DNA of 64,000 nucleotides, from contig CATNEN010000037.1 of NCBI GenBank assembly GCA_950097015.1, positions 4,340,001 to 4,404,000 of the forward strand, read 5' to 3'. Source of the stretch: Macrostomum hystrix (lineage: Eukaryota; Animalia; Platyhelminthes). The translations under genes were made by a program, and so were the position numbers. Below, in pieces: positions 34,037 through 47,954 of the stretch. The notes beneath the pieces were generated by a model that saw only the letters and a program-made list of their open reading frames with translations, was not told the DNA's origin and did no database searches. The stretch's first letter is position 1, and every line of letters starts with the position of its first letter.

Positions 34037-36333
34037 CTAGGTGAGCTTGCCGGACTTGATGTAGAGCTGGTCAATCACCTTGCTACTCTCGTGGATAGTG
34101 TCCAAGGATCTGGCGTAGGTCTGGTCAGCCTCCTGGTGCGAGTACATAACTAGCACGCCGCTCTCCTGATCGAGGATGCCATTCAAGGATTTGTCCAGAA
34201 TCATCTGTGAAAGTTTCTTTTCAACTACATCGCGCGGCAGGCCGATAAGTTCGGCGATGCGATCGATTTGCACACAGCCGTAGGCCTCGATCAGTTTGGA
34301 TAGATTGCGCTCAACCAGCGAGTCGTACAGTGTGGCCAGGTGGCGCTTAACAACGTAATCTTCGTCTAATTCAGGCTTGTACTTTTCTCTCGCGGCAACA
34401 AAGTCGGCTAGTGAGCGGCGCTTCACGCTGCCGGCAATCTCCGTCATGGCTTCCACGTCGGTGAAGGAGGCGTATTTTAGGGCCAGTTTGCCGCTCAGGA
34501 TTGACGACACCTGTTTGTTGAATTTTGTTTGTGCTACTTTTCAGCGTTTATTTATTCGGGAAATTAATTCCACGAAATCAAGCTGTCAAACTGCGTACAG
34601 CTGTTCAGTCTGTGGACTGTTGTGGCCGACGCAAACAACAAATTTTCTACCCCAGCTTATTGCTAGTACCCATTTTTGAAGCTTCTTGAACTGAAGCAAA
34701 TGGCAATTAAGTGTATTACTTATGGAAGCAAACTGCTTTCGTTAAGCTGAGATTTGAACTCTCAAGGACCCCACGGGATTTCCGCGGATTTCCCTGCGGC
34801 AGAGTTCTGCTATGTTCACACACTAGGGCACCACGGGATTTCCACGGATTTCCCTGCGGCAGAGTTCCAGTAACTCGCACTACTTACAGCTACTCATATG
34901 GCACAAAACTTTCTACTTAGTCTACTTATATTAGCACATTATCATCTAAAAGATGGACTCACCTCATCGCTCTGGTTGAGTATAATCTTGCACATGAGCA
35001 TGTACTTGAGAGCGTTAACAGCCTGGCGTTGCAAATCAACCGAATCGTAGCCTTCAAAAGCTTCATAGAAATAAGAATAGGCAGTCTTGAAGTCGCGCTC
35101 GTCGGCAGCGTGCAAAACGCCGCTCTGCAGATCCAGGCTGGCCTGCATCTTGGGCGGTATGTAAATACCGTTGGCGGTGGTGCGTGACGAGGTCAGGGCC
35201 GCTCTGGCCCGCTGCACGTTGCTTAGCTAAGGGAATTTTTAGGAATGAAATTATTTCTCATTGGCCTAAGCTGCTTAAAGAATTTATTTTATCAACAAGA
35301 ATGGCCTCTCAAACCAGCTGGTTAAACTGTTTATTGACAAGCTAGAATGGCCTCTCAAACCAGCTGGTTAAACTGTTTATTGACAAGCTAGAATGGCCTC
35401 TCAAACCAGCTGGTTAAACTGTTTATTGACAAGCTAGAATGGCCTCTCAAACCAGCTGGTTAAACTGTTTATTGACAAGCTAGAATGGCCTCTCAAACCA
35501 GCTGGTTAAACAGTCTATTGACAAGCTAGAATGGCCTCTCAAACCAGCTGGTTAAACTGTTTATTGACAAGCTAGAATGGCCTCTCAAACCAGCTGGTTA
35601 AACTGTTTATTGACAAGCTAGAATGGCCTCTCAAACCAGCTGGTTAAACAGTCTATTGACAAGCTAGAATGGCCTCTCAAACCAGCTGGTTAAACTGTTT
35701 ATTGACAAGCTAGAATGGCCTCTCAAACCAGCTGGTTAAACAGTCTATTGACAAGCTAGAATGGCCTCTCAAACCAGCTGGTTAAACTGTTTATTGACAA
35801 GATTGAATAGCCTTTTAAACCACCAAATTCTTAACCGTATCAAGGCTCACCTGGTAGTAGGTCTTGCTCTCAAGAAGCTGCACTTCAACCAGAAGCATTT
35901 TGTCGTCGAGTTTCTTCAACTCGCGCAACAGCTTGGATCCCAGACGTAGTGCATCATCGTACCGGCCGCTGCTATAAAACAGCGCCATTAGCCGCACCTG
36001 CAGGCCCTGGCGAAGATAATTGCGCCGCTCTGTATCCGCCCACGCGATACAATCTTCGCACAGTTTAATCTCTCGCCCAGTGCCAGCCTCCAAATCAAGG
36101 AAATGATCCAACAGTGTCTTGACCAGCTTGCCAGCCTTGGCCTTGCTCATCCGGTTGAGAAACGGCCGGGTGGCCACGATGAGGTCGGCCAGCTGCTGAG
36201 CCTCTTTTTTGTCAAATAACCGCCGACCGAGTGCCAGAATCTCGGCCTCCTGACGACGCGAAGCTTCCTCGCTAGTCTGATCTGCAGCGGCGGTCAGGCC
36301 GGATACCAGTGTTTCCACTTCTCCAATAGCCAT
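34037..36333 (-). CDS. PSMD11: 26S proteasome lid subunit Rpn6; exons 36333-35851, 35226-34963, 34510-34037
   Basis: [76 protein letters not shown] domain LSQMILDK. Confidence 0.95.
34590..34770 (-). mobile_element. Old degenerate SINE family B copy in PSMD11 intron 2
   Basis: ctgcgtacagctgttcagtc shared with 23300-23320; tacccattt...gaactgaagcaa...ttaagtgt matches the family B core. Confidence 0.55.
35298..35801. repeat. 46-bp minisatellite (gctagaatggcctctcaaaccagctggttaaactgtttattgacaa), ~11 copies, PSMD11 intron 1
   Basis: Tandem periodicity; a degenerate copy runs up to ~10 nt from the minus-strand donor at 35850. Confidence 0.95.
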
Positions 36334-36407
36334 GTCTGCTAGCTAGGGCTGCAATTGGAGCAGAGCGGGTTGGCCACGTGAACAGCTACTCACACTAGGG
36401 GTGCATT

Positions 36408-37303
36408 CTGGTGTCAGACAGGAGTCCACTGTCTCAGGGGAGTGTTCCCTGGTGTCAGACAGGAGTCCTCTGTCTCAGGGGAGTGTTCCCTGGTGTCAGA
36501 CAGGAGTCCTCTGTCTCAGAGGAGTGCCCCTGGTGTCAGACAGGAGTCCTCTGTCTCAGGGGAGTGTCCCTGGCGTCAGACAGGAGTCCTCTGTCTCAGG
36601 GGAGTATCCCTGGTGTCAGACAGGAGTCCTATGTCTCAAAGGGAGTGTCCTGGTGTCAGACAGGAGTCCTCTGTCTCAAAGGGAGTGTCCTGGTGTCAGA
36701 GGAGTCCACTGTCTCAAAGGGAGTGTCCTGGTGTCAGACAGGAGTCCTCTGTCTCAAAGGGAGTGTCCTGGTGTCAGACAGGAGTCCTCTGTCTCAAAGG
36801 GAGTGTCCTGGTGTCAGACAGGAGTCCTCTGTCTCAAAGGGAGTGTCCTGGTGTCAGACAGGAGTCCTCTGTCTCAAATGGAGTGTCCTGGTGTCAGACA
36901 GGAGTCCTCTGTCTCAAAGGGAGTGTCCTGGTGTCAGACAGGAGTCCTCTGTCTCAAAGGGAGTGTCCTGGTGTCAGACAGGAGTCCTCTGTCTCAAATG
37001 GAGTGTCCTGGTGTCAGACAGGAGTCCTCTGTCTCAAAGGGAGTGTCCTGGTGTCAGACAGGAGTCCTCTGTCTCAGGGGAGTGTCCCTGGCGTCAGACA
37101 GGAGTCCTCTGTCTCAGGGGAGTGTCCCTGGTGTCAGACAGGAGTCCTCTGTCTCAGGGGAGTGTCCCTGGTGTCAGACAGGAGTCCTCTGTCTCAGGGG
37201 AGTGTCCCTGGTGTCAGACAGGAGTCCTCTGTCTCAGGGGAGTGTCCCTGGTGTCAGACAGGAGTCCTCTGTCTCAGGGGAGTGTCCTGGTGTCAGAGGA
37301 GTC
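36408..37303. repeat. 41-43-bp minisatellite (ctggtgtcagacaggagtcctctgtctcaggggagtgtcc), ~21 copies, just upstream of the PSMD11 ATG
   Basis: Tandem periodicity. Confidence 0.95.
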
Positions 37304-40005
37304 TAATGGTGCTATTGTCTCGTTTAACGCTAAACAGGAAAGAAAGAAATGTATAACACATTCAGGAAAAAAATGTATGATAAAGATTTTATTGTTCAAT
37401 TTTTTGCGCAAAACGCATAGCTTTTCTGTTTCGAAACACTTAGTTTCGGTTTAGTTTCATTAATAGAGGAACCCTGAAAAGAAGCAATTGAATTAAACAA
37501 AACTAGCTAACTAGCTAAAACCAGCCGGACTATACAATAATGTAGATTTCGGATAATCCGTACTTGTTGAAGGGTTGGTACTGAAAAAACTAAAGTAAAC
37601 TTTGACCGAATCCTTTACAATAGTGATAATAAACTTATTAAGCAAGGAAAATTAAATAACTATTAAAACAGTCTTTGGTTTTTACTTCCAGATAAACATA
37701 AAAACGTAGCTTTTAAATGTTCGGGGAGTGATAGTATAGCATTTTAATATAGCTTGTTACGTTATTATTCATTAGTAAGGAATACACAATTAACAAAAAA
37801 CACGAACCGACTACCAATAAGAACAAAGACAACAATTGGAGCCTAGATTGCCGAAAATTAAAACAAAATAGGCTTACCAATATTTAATTAAACAGTGTTT
37901 ATGTAAGCATATTATACGGGTATTTATTGTCAAAAATCCGTACCACTATGCCAATCAACTTTAAGACAATCGAGAAGAATTAGCGAACAAAATAAATAAA
38001 TCGATAGATAAACTTAGCGTTGGGACTGAAATTTCAGTGTCAAATTTTCAACGTTACATCAAATTCAAAATAAAATGGTAGTCAATTAAAAAACTAGTCT
38101 TTACTGCTGATTAGCAACAACATATTATAATAGATATCGTATGATTATTAAACAAGAGTATTTACTTATTTGACAATTAAATAACTTAAAGCGACCAAAC
38201 GTTAAAAATATAGACAAATTTGTTTATTGAATTTTCGACATCATTTAATTACACAGCGTATTTTACTTACTACTCGTAGGCCTACGATTGGAACATGCCA
38301 TATGTTTTTTGTTTTATTCATGGAGACATGCTCAATTTTATTTCACATAGAGTTGTTAGTTAACATAGCAGAAATTGTGCATCAATTTGGGAGAGAAAAA
38401 AAATCGGTAGCGGTGATGGGAGCTGGTGGAAGAGGTGGGAACAGGATCGAAGGTGAAGGGGCCAGACGCGGCAAAATAAATTCGCAATTTATCGAGCTTT
38501 ACCCAAATGAGCATAGTAAAATGTTTGAGTTATTTGAATCAAAACAAACGAATAATTGACTCGATGCTTTTATTTTTAGTTGAATGAAAAAATTAAGATT
38601 TATTACGCACTGACACAGCTTAATAGTGTTGTTGTAACATAATAGCAATTATTGCCTTTAGGTTTCATTCAGGCTGGCTTACTAACCCGTAGTTTGTTAA
38701 CTGCTTCTTTAAATTTGATATTAAATTTGTCGACAAAAAAAAATTAAAGAACGCAAACAAACGCAAGCGCAAACAGGCGGATGGAGTGGAAAAACTGTGT
38801 AAAAACAAAACGACGAAGAGGACAGCGAGAGACGGAGATCTCATAAATGCGATTCACTTGCCGGCCAGAAGGACACGAAAAAAAACTTTGAATTAAGACA
38901 GAATTCGGGAGACAAGAGCGAGGGAGAATTTGGGAACAAGTGAGACAGACCGGGCGGAGAGGACTAAAGGCTGTTTAAAAAAAGAGAATTTGTTAGGCGA
39001 TAAAACCAAGGACCTGTGAAGCTGGCATTGCAGTTCTGGAACAATATAAACAAATAATATTGTTTAGACAATAATAATAAGCCCGACCAGCTGGCTTCAG
39101 AGGTGCTTGGTTGCCGAGTTCGCTAATGATTATGAGAGCGGCCAGACGCCAGGGCAGTAGGTAAACGGACAAAAAGAACAAAAATAGAGAAATGTATATA
39201 TATAAAGTCCAACACAGAAGCATAAAATAAGACATTTGCGCGAGTGTCTTAAGCGCCAGTTTGTGGGGCAGTTGCTCCTGGCGCGGCTGAGCAGTGAGTG
39301 AGTTCGGTGAGCAGATGACTGCCTGAGTCCGTCAAACAGTGCGGATTTAAGAAGACGACGCGGGGGCGCCTGTCGGGACAGAAGAAGGAGACGAGCAAAG
39401 AGAGAGAGAGAGACAATGTGATGGGTTGGGAGAATCTCCCCTCAGGTGTTCGTCACTAGCAACGCACTGAAGGGAGCGGTTCTGCGGCCAAAAAATGTTG
39501 TGTAAAAAAAGCACAAAAAGTAAGTTTTACAAAAAAGGAGCAAACAGTAGCAATGGAAACGCAGACAGGTAAATGGGCCAAAAAATCAATCAAAACGAGC
39601 GCACCCAGGCGGCGGCATAGAAAGAAAAAATGTTTGAAGAAGAACTTTTTTGACCGAACCAATACGCGACAAACGATGAGGAAGAAAGATGGCAGTGGGC
39701 TAGCGGCTTGGCTTCTTGCGAGTTGCGCAATAGATCTGGACAAGATCCTATGATAGTGCACAAATACAGACACACAGACGAAATGCTCGATCAATGCGCA
39801 CTTGTATTAGTAGAAAATTGTTGACTTTTTTCTTGTTGTCAAATCAACTAACAGATCAGAACAGTTGCCTGGTGTGTACCTAACTGTAAGTCTTCTCATT
39901 TTTGTTTACTATTTTCACTTTCACCCTCTCTATTCTAGACTGCAGCCCTAGTTACCTGTCTCTTTACATCTCATTGATTTATTTAGTGTCTGATGGTTTC
40001 TCCAT

Positions 40006-42034
40006 TCAAGACGCATAGTTAGCGCCTCCTCCAACACCGCCGCGGCCGCCCTGCTGTTGATAGCCACCGCGAGGTCCGCCGCGCGAATAGCTCAGATTAG
40101 CCCAGGCTGGCTTATTATAGCCGCCGGGTTGGTGATGAGGCGGCGGCGGCGGCTGATGATCGCCGTAGTGCATTCCGCCGCTGCCGTTTGGCACAACAGG
40201 ACCAACTGGGTAGCCGCCGCGACCGCGGCCGCCGCCTCTGCCGCGCATGCCGGTCATTGGGGCGAGGCCGTAGCCGACGGCTCCGCTAGGGCCGCCCATA
40301 GCGCCAATCGGCATGCTCAATGGGCCGCCGCCGCGACCGCCACGGCCGCCGCCGCTGGCCATTACGGGATAATGTGGCGGCGGCTGAGGCCCACCAGGGC
40401 CCATGTTGATCTGCACCTGGTTTGAGTAGTACTGAGCCAGCTCGTTAGGATCCGGAGTCATGGCCTCTTTAACCTGGGCGTCAAACAATATTAATTGTAG
40501 TATATTCCGTGTACCATTAAAATCTACTGTCACCTTTTCAAGGTTTTGCGTCCTTCGTCTTACAATTTTGCATTGTCATTTAGCGGGAAAGTCCCGCTTA
40601 GAATTTTGGAAATTTGCAAATTACAATGGCAACTAGATACACAAGCGCTGTTACTTGTTGACTGTTAGACTGTTAACAATCAAAATTTACCTGCATGATG
40701 CTTTTGCGAAAGAAAAACTCATAAAGAAAATCTGAGAGAAACCTTTGAGAGAAAGTGTTGACACTAATGAATTGAATGTTACCACGTACATAAGTAAAAT
40801 TATTATATGCTCTCTGCTGGGTTCTCTTAACAGCGCTGAGACTTAGTTACTTTTAGTTAATTAATAACCTATAATCCAATGCCACACCGAGTGAGTAGCG
40901 TAGCCACATTTATTTGGAGCGCAGCCGCGGAGAGAAGGCTTGGGGGATTGTCGTGCAATTTACGCCCATGAGGGCCAACCTCATAGGCGAAGTGAAAGTG
41001 TACACTGCCTGACGATGAGAAGGTCAGGGCAGATGTACACACCTGTGTGAGTGTGCGCCTGCGTACGGTATCTGTGTGTGTGTGCTCAGGAGTCAGCGGA
41101 ATGAGCAGAATTGTCTCCTCGCCTGGCTGCGGGTCTAGTGTCATCAAACGATGTGCCCTTGCCCACAGCCCTCCTGCAATTATTATTATTATTATTGAGT
41201 AGCGTAGGGGTAGCACAGAAACCATGTGTTCGACCGCATTCACATTGGGGGTTTGCAATACAATTGATGCACAGGAGGGCCAACCCCAAGGCACAGTTTA
41301 CAAGATTATACACTGCTTGACGATGAACAATTTAGATAGATTGATGACTCAAACTGATGACGATCAATAAAAACTGGCTAGCAGTTACCTTAGACAAAGC
41401 GTGGCTAATCCGATAGTAGGCCTCGGTTGGTTCCGCTAGGCAGTCAATTTGCAGGTGCAAAGTCTGCTTCAAAGTGCTGATACTTGGCCTCGCCGGTGCT
41501 CAGGCATTCCTGCTCTTTGCGATCATTGCGCATTGAGCCAGAGCCCAGAATGGACATCTTGACATTAGTTTCCTCTTGAAGCTTCTTCAGACTGGCGCCG
41601 CCCTGGCCAAGCAGTTTGCCAACAAAATTGAAACCGGGAAACTGATCCTGGGGTATTAGCACCTTGCTGCGAATTTTGCACTTGCGACTGTTTAATAGAT
41701 CGATCATATCGGTGACGCCCCACCGTAGGCGGTGAATTTCCAATTCCAACAGGCGCTTAGCGTTGGGCAACGAATCACTGATCTGGTCTAGCTCCTGCTC
41801 AAGGACTTCAATCTCTTGCATGCGGGCTCGCTCTCGCATTGTCAGCGGTCTTTCAAATCGTCCCTGACGACCATCGTACTGCTGCTGCTGCTGCTGCTGA
41901 CGACCCCCAGTTGATGAGTCATCTGGCTGCTTATCAGTCTCATAACCTCTACTTTGCTGAGAAGGAGATGGCTGCTGCTGCTGCTGCTGGTCGCGCTCCT
42001 CCTCATTGTTTTGGCGGGTTTCGTCGCTAGACAT
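40006..42034 (-). CDS. KHDRBS: STAR/GSG KH-domain RNA-binding protein (Sam68/KHDRBS-like); exons 42034-41389 and 40473-40006, with an apparent +1 frameshift at ~41472
   Basis: QUA1 (RLLELEI), KH (FNFVGKLLGQGG...KMSILGSGSMR), QUA2 restored after deleting one base (HLKQTLHLQID...EAYYRISHALSK|VKEAMTPD), RGG/Tyr/Pro-rich tail. Confidence 0.85.
40904..41195 (+). mobile_element. 5'-truncated SINE family A with (TTA)n tail and a perfect 12-bp TSD, in the KHDRBS intron
   Basis: Matches the reverse complement of 18840-19130; tgagtagcgtag at 40892-40903 and 41196-41207. Confidence 0.85.
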
Positions 42035-45000
42035 TGTTGGTTGCTTCTACTAATTCAGTATAGAAACTTGGCGCTATAAATCAACAATTATCTTGTTACA
42101 AAGGAATTCTTTATATTGGCACTGATATCTTTTAAATTATTCAATCCTAAATTTGCAACAATATTAATAAAGCTGCAATAACAATTTAGGAATTTAGTAT
42201 AGGGCATATTTACAAAATCATAGCTAATACAATAAGCAATGACAGATTAAACTCAATTTTTTATTACCACTTAAATATAGAGCTACAATTTTCTTTCTTA
42301 TATGCTTATTAATGTTTTCTTATTGCTTTACAATTTACTTTAAAAAAGAATCTTTTTAATGTATAGCTTGCCTTATAAAATACAAAAGTATACCATTAGC
42401 TGTAAATTAGCATAGCACACAGATCAAAGTTCAAAATTTTTGCATAAATACATTTTGCAAATGGAATGATTTTTTGCCATGTTTGAATCTTTTGAATGCA
42501 TTTTTGAATGTAGTTTTGACTAAGTAAAACATTATATTATGCAATTTTTATTTTAAATTTTTTAAAAGACAAGTGCCTAATATAATTCATTTAAACAATT
42601 TTGTAATTTAGCAATTTAAGCAAAAATCTGATCAATAAAAGCAGGTAAGCCTAAACATTGCCATTAAGCTAAATTCGAATAACTGTAAAAAGTTTTATAA
42701 TGCATTATACCTAGCCTAGTTAAACTAGACATCTAGACCTATACCCAACTCAAAATACTTAATGGCAATTCATTACTAGATGTTCTTAAATGTATTTCTA
42801 TTTATGACAGTGGCTATAGTTCCATATAGTGTAACAGCATGCAAGATCCACTTCTAAATTTATGGAAATCTAGCTTAGAGAATGGTGGCAACAAAAAAGA
42901 AATATATATGCTAATTATATTTGAAATATATTTTTATATTATGATTTACAATAATTTTCAATACTTAAAAAATAATAATAACTATTATAAACACAGTATT
43001 CTACAGTCTTCTATTTGATTCTACACACAAACTGTACATACATTATTTCTTTCATAATTTGATTTTCATATATTCCATTTTTCATTACTTAACTATGGGA
43101 TTTTTAACAGCCTTAAATTAAAAAAGTAAAAAATATAAATATCACTCTTTACCATTAAAAAAAGAAATGTCAATATAAAAATTAGCATATAGGTTAAAAA
43201 TTATATTATAAATATTGAGCTGTGGGGTAAGGACAAAGTGTTTTGAAAGCCTGATATTTCCAGGTTGCTATCTATGTAACAGCCTAGCTTTATCATTTTT
43301 TACTCATGTGCTAGCTTCTGCCTTCTAAATGTGTAAGTTTCAAATTCAACTGATTTTCTTTCTATGCAAGATATTTAGCATGCAATAAGTTATTTTTGTG
43401 ATATATTTGGTGTAGAAGCAAAAATGAATGGCATTTTTTTCAAATCATTCATTAACTGATATTTTGAAAAGTTTCATTTTAATTTGATTTGACAACTTGG
43501 AATTTCAATTGCATCAATTGAATTTCTTGGCATTTAACATACTGGGGCTACTTCTGGGGTTCTGAGGAACTTGTCTGTAGCAAATGTTCAGTGTGGGTAG
43601 AGATAAAAGCAAAATGGTTGATATCCTTGGCTGTGTCTATGGCCAAAAGGGATAAGCTGGTTAGTGGGAGGGGGAGTATTTGCAAAATTACCTATTTTCT
43701 GCCATTACCAACACACTTTAAGTCTATTAACACCATGCCAGGAGCCAGCCTAGCAGCACCGTCATTTATTGTGGATCCAAACTCCCTTAATATTATTATC
43801 CCTGCTGAATTTTGACACGCAATCCTGAAGAATTTGGACACAATATGTGACACTCTCCATATCATTTTTCCTACTGTTTCATTGTTTCCCATTGTTTAAA
43901 AATGATTTCCCAATGTTTTTATACTGATTTGAGATAAAACTTTTCAGGAAACTGTTTAACAAATCATTTGTAAAGAATGCTAAATGAATGATGTCCTATA
44001 AAAACCATATGAAATCAAATAATAAATTAAAATGAAAGTCACACAACAAAAACTGACTACAACCGTTAGGCCAAACATGACAAAAACAATTTTAGCAATA
44101 CAGTATTTTGTCATTTATGATGGTCATTCTTGTATAAATAACAATTTTGTTACATGTGTGTTCTCCATATGACTAACCCATTTAATATTAAGATGTTCAC
44201 CATACAAATAACAACTTTCAAACTAAAAACCAAAAAATTATATATTAAATAAAGTTTTGTCAATCCAGAGTTTACAAAAATAGGCTCAGCTAGTATTTTG
44301 CATTCAATAGGCCTACAGGCTTCTGTATTAATTAAAGTACAGTAGCAATTTGATGAATATGGTTTAGACAAGGTAAGTAAGTATTATTTACTTTATTTAT
44401 TTTTTTAGTTAAGTATTATTTTCAAAGTTTAGCAGATCACATTATTAAGGCCCTTAATTAAAATTTAAGGCACAGCTTGGCTTGGATTTGAATGCATAGC
44501 TACACCTTTAAAACTAGTCTGAAAGGGTCAATTTAAAGGCCTAATCAGTTGAACGACCGAAAACGCCTTGCCTAATCAAAGACATAATCTGTTCCTTTCT
44601 AATGAGCAATACAATTGTACCCTCCGCGGCTCAGCTAGTTAATAAGCCCTGTAATGAAGTGTCAAACAAAAAACATTATGCACAATAATGCTTACATCAT
44701 TTCGAAGAAAGAAGTGTTCAGAGAGTTTAAAATACAAAATAAAAACTGATTTAATCTTTGCATGAACATGCTAAACTAAAACAAAGCGGAAACTCTTGCT
44801 GTCACAGTAAGAACAAGCAGCTTTGCATAATAGTATTTAACTAATATTGTGTCACTAAGAAAAAATTAAAAGAAAGACAAAGTGGACCAATGACACCAGG
44901 GTGCAAGCAAAATAATTAAACGCGTCAAAGTTGAAAAATTTTAAATAGGCCTAGGCTTAGACAGAAAAATAATTATGGCTTTAGAATTTTAAATGAATTC

Positions 45001-45589
45001 GCAAACAGATGCAGAAGCAGAAAGGGGTGCTTTGGAGTCAATGTGACCGCCGCCACGGTCCTGCTTTTGCATAGGGCAACGGTTTGCTGTAGTCGCTGCA
45101 CTTCTTACCTGCTGCTGGGCCTTGTGCTCCTTGCTTTTCTGCTGGCCGCTGCAGCACCTTTTGTCGTCCTTGTGAGCCTTTTTTAGCCTGTCGTGTTAGC
45201 CGCTCCGAGACCTGTACGGCCTGCGAGCCTTGTGCTGCGTTCGATGCTTCTCCGATGGCTTTGGCTTCCTTCATGGCGGTCTCGTTCTGGACCGTAGCTG
45301 GCTTTCTGCAGTAACAATTCATAACATAATTCGCGCGCCCCACAATCATGATAATGAAACATCTGGGAGTAAATTTTCTTATTATCTGGTGAGCACCAGA
45401 ATCAAAAGAAGCACAAGCTGACGCAAGAAATACCCGTGGCACCAACGACAGCAAGCACGAGACTTCGCGTAATATCGACATTTTGTGCGCCTCGACAAGA
45501 CGCCGCTGTTGAGTTTGGATTTTTTTAATTTTCCCTTGTTCAATCGTTCAATGCTTAGCGTTTCGTCCAAAGAAGGTTAGCGCCAGTTC

Positions 45590-45853
45590 GTGTACTCCCA
45601 ATGGAAATTGGGCAAGCGAGGCAGTGAAATTGTAAGCCAGCTGACTGAAATCCACGGAGTGAGTGCCATCTCGAAAAGTGCTGTCTATCGCTGGCTTGAA
45701 GAGTTCAGTCATGGGCGAACAGACGTTGCTGATGACACAGCCAACCGTGGCCGTCCGATCTCTCCATCAACAAAGGCACTGCAGATTCAAAGGGTGAATG
45801 CAGATGCCATCAATGCGCTTCTCACGCGATGGACTAAGTGCTGCGAGCTATAA
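45590..45853 (+). pseudogene. Internally deleted mariner transposase relic
   Basis: SEIVSQLTEIHGVSAISKSAVYRWLEEFSHGRTDVAD...RGRP (HTH, like the 5731 transposase) joined directly to the C-terminal AINALLTRWTKCCEL. Confidence 0.75.
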
Positions 45854-45899
45854 GACTTAGAAATCTGAATGGAATTTAAGTGGGCGTTAGTAGGAAACG

Positions 45900-46790
45900 A
45901 AAGCTAAAAAGAGCAACAGCAAAGGAGAATGATTAGACAAAATCCGCCCCCCAGAGATCAACTATTCATTTCAGCGCAGGCCCGGTTCGGCATGACAGCA
46001 GCTGTGCCGACGTGGAGCTGCCTGAGACCGGATCCGCAGAGGCGCTGACGTGGAACTGCCGGAGACCGGATCCGCAGCTGTGCTGACGTGGAATGGCCCG
46101 AGACCGGAACGCAGCTGTGCTGACGTGGAGCTCCCGGAATCAACCCGGCCTGTCCCGACCTGCAGCTGCCTGCATCGACCCAACCCTGCCGAAACTGGAG
46201 CCGCCCGGACCCCATCGGGAATGAGATCGGGAGGAGGCCGAGACCGCACAAGAAGGCGGGATCGATGAAAGAAAAGGGGTTGGCGTGCCTGCCAACCAAC
46301 TAGTTTAATGACAATAACTGTACTAGACTCGAGGCTGCGACCTCACTCACCCCAAATTCCGATGCGTACTGTTGCTATGGTACTATCTCCCCCTCGGATC
46401 GAGGGGTTTTAAAGACACTATATATATCGGTGCGGAGCGCGGAAAAAGATTCGCCGCGCGAGTTAGTTAGAGACTCACTTTGAGCTCCGTTTAGATAAAC
46501 TTACTAGAAAATCATTGTGTTTGCGTTCTAATTTCTTAAGCAGAATCTGAGACAACGATCCAGAGAGATCACAACCGCCAGCCGGTACACTAAGTATCGA
46601 TAGTCGTTAGGAGTTATAGCCTTCAAGACTTTTAGACTGCAATAAACCGCTAGACAAATTATAGGAAAACTACAAGTGAAGAAGAAGAAACAAAACTTGA
46701 AGCGCTATACGAGCTAAGGGGGACTTCGTCGAAAAGTCGTCAGTCGACGGCGACGGCGATGCTGCGTGACCGATTCCGCTGGCCTTGACT
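45900..46790. other. Unclassified insertion-like segment with a short ~36-bp internal tandem repeat, TATA-like and AATAAA motifs (possible solo LTR)
   Basis: gctgacgtgga...gagaccgga repeated about 4 times at 46000-46135; ctatatatat at ~46419; aataaa at ~46641; termini and TSD not resolved. Confidence 0.3.
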
Positions 46791-47954
46791 TGGTGTAACT
46801 CTACCCCTTACCCCTTGTTCTAATTTTAGCCATAACTTTTTAATGAATTGACAATTTTACTTGAATAAAAAAGCGTTAGAACTGCTGAATGTTTATTTAT
46901 CAGTGACGTGAATTTCAATAAATAATGTTTCACCATTTTGCCTATGCATCGATTTTTCCCGCTATTTCTGGGACACCCTACGTAAGAACGCACAATTAGT
47001 GTCTGTAGTTTTCTTAATCAAAACTATTTGAAGTGAGAATTTGAAAATTTGATTTGAAGCTAATGTAACCAGCTAGCTTACATAAAATTAAATCTGTGTT
47101 GTACTGAGCTGCAGTCTCGCTAGCTGCTCAGCGGAGCGAACACGTGAGCTCAAGTATTTTTTATCCACTACAGCTGTTTAGCTGCCAATAAGCAGCGGAA
47201 TCATAGCAGCTTCCACCCCCGCATTTTACTTATCCGGAATCCCACGCACTTTCATACTCGTAGAAAAAATTTTGTCGCCTCTTTAATTTGCGTTCATCCA
47301 AAGTACGTATTTTTTAAATGCCGACAGCTTTGTTAGGAAGATAAAAAAGCTGACAAAATGCAGCTAGCTGGCAAAGACCGATCAAAAGGAAAAACAAACT
47401 GCCTTATTAAATTAAAATATGAAATTAAATAGAAATCGAAGATGCTGCCGAAAATAAGCAAGCCATGCAGCATTGCAGCAATATTTTTGTTGTGTGCGTC
47501 ACATAAATTCGTCATAGTAAATTATAATACTTATAAACGTAGCTGTGCATGCATGACGTCATACGAATGCGAATGGTTTGAACAAACTGGACTAGGCGAC
47601 AGAAATCGATTTTTAACTATCTCATTTGTTTATATTTCGAAGCACAGAGTAGTTTGAAGCAATTTCTCGCAGCAATTCTGTTTCCTGGACAATTAGCAAT
47701 GTCTGAACAGAAAATTTGCCGATTTACTCTGGCAAATTGGCTCGCCCAGTTTTCTAATTGTCAGAAAATTCTAAACAGCACCTGCAGAGCAATTCAGGGT
47801 TGTGCATTACAGAACTGGGATAGAGACCAAAGACAGAGTGGGAGAGGGGGTAGATACAAAATATGGAACGAAGAACCACACCTGAGAGGTAGAGAGAAGG
47901 GTAGCTAGCTGGTATAGGTTAGCTGACATTGTATCATTTTACGAGTATTTGAAC

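Noticed and set aside
45038-45570. Minus-strand ORFs (MDETLSIERL..., MKEAKAIGEA...)
   Set aside because: No identifiable homology or coherent exon chain. A small real gene cannot be excluded without RNA data.
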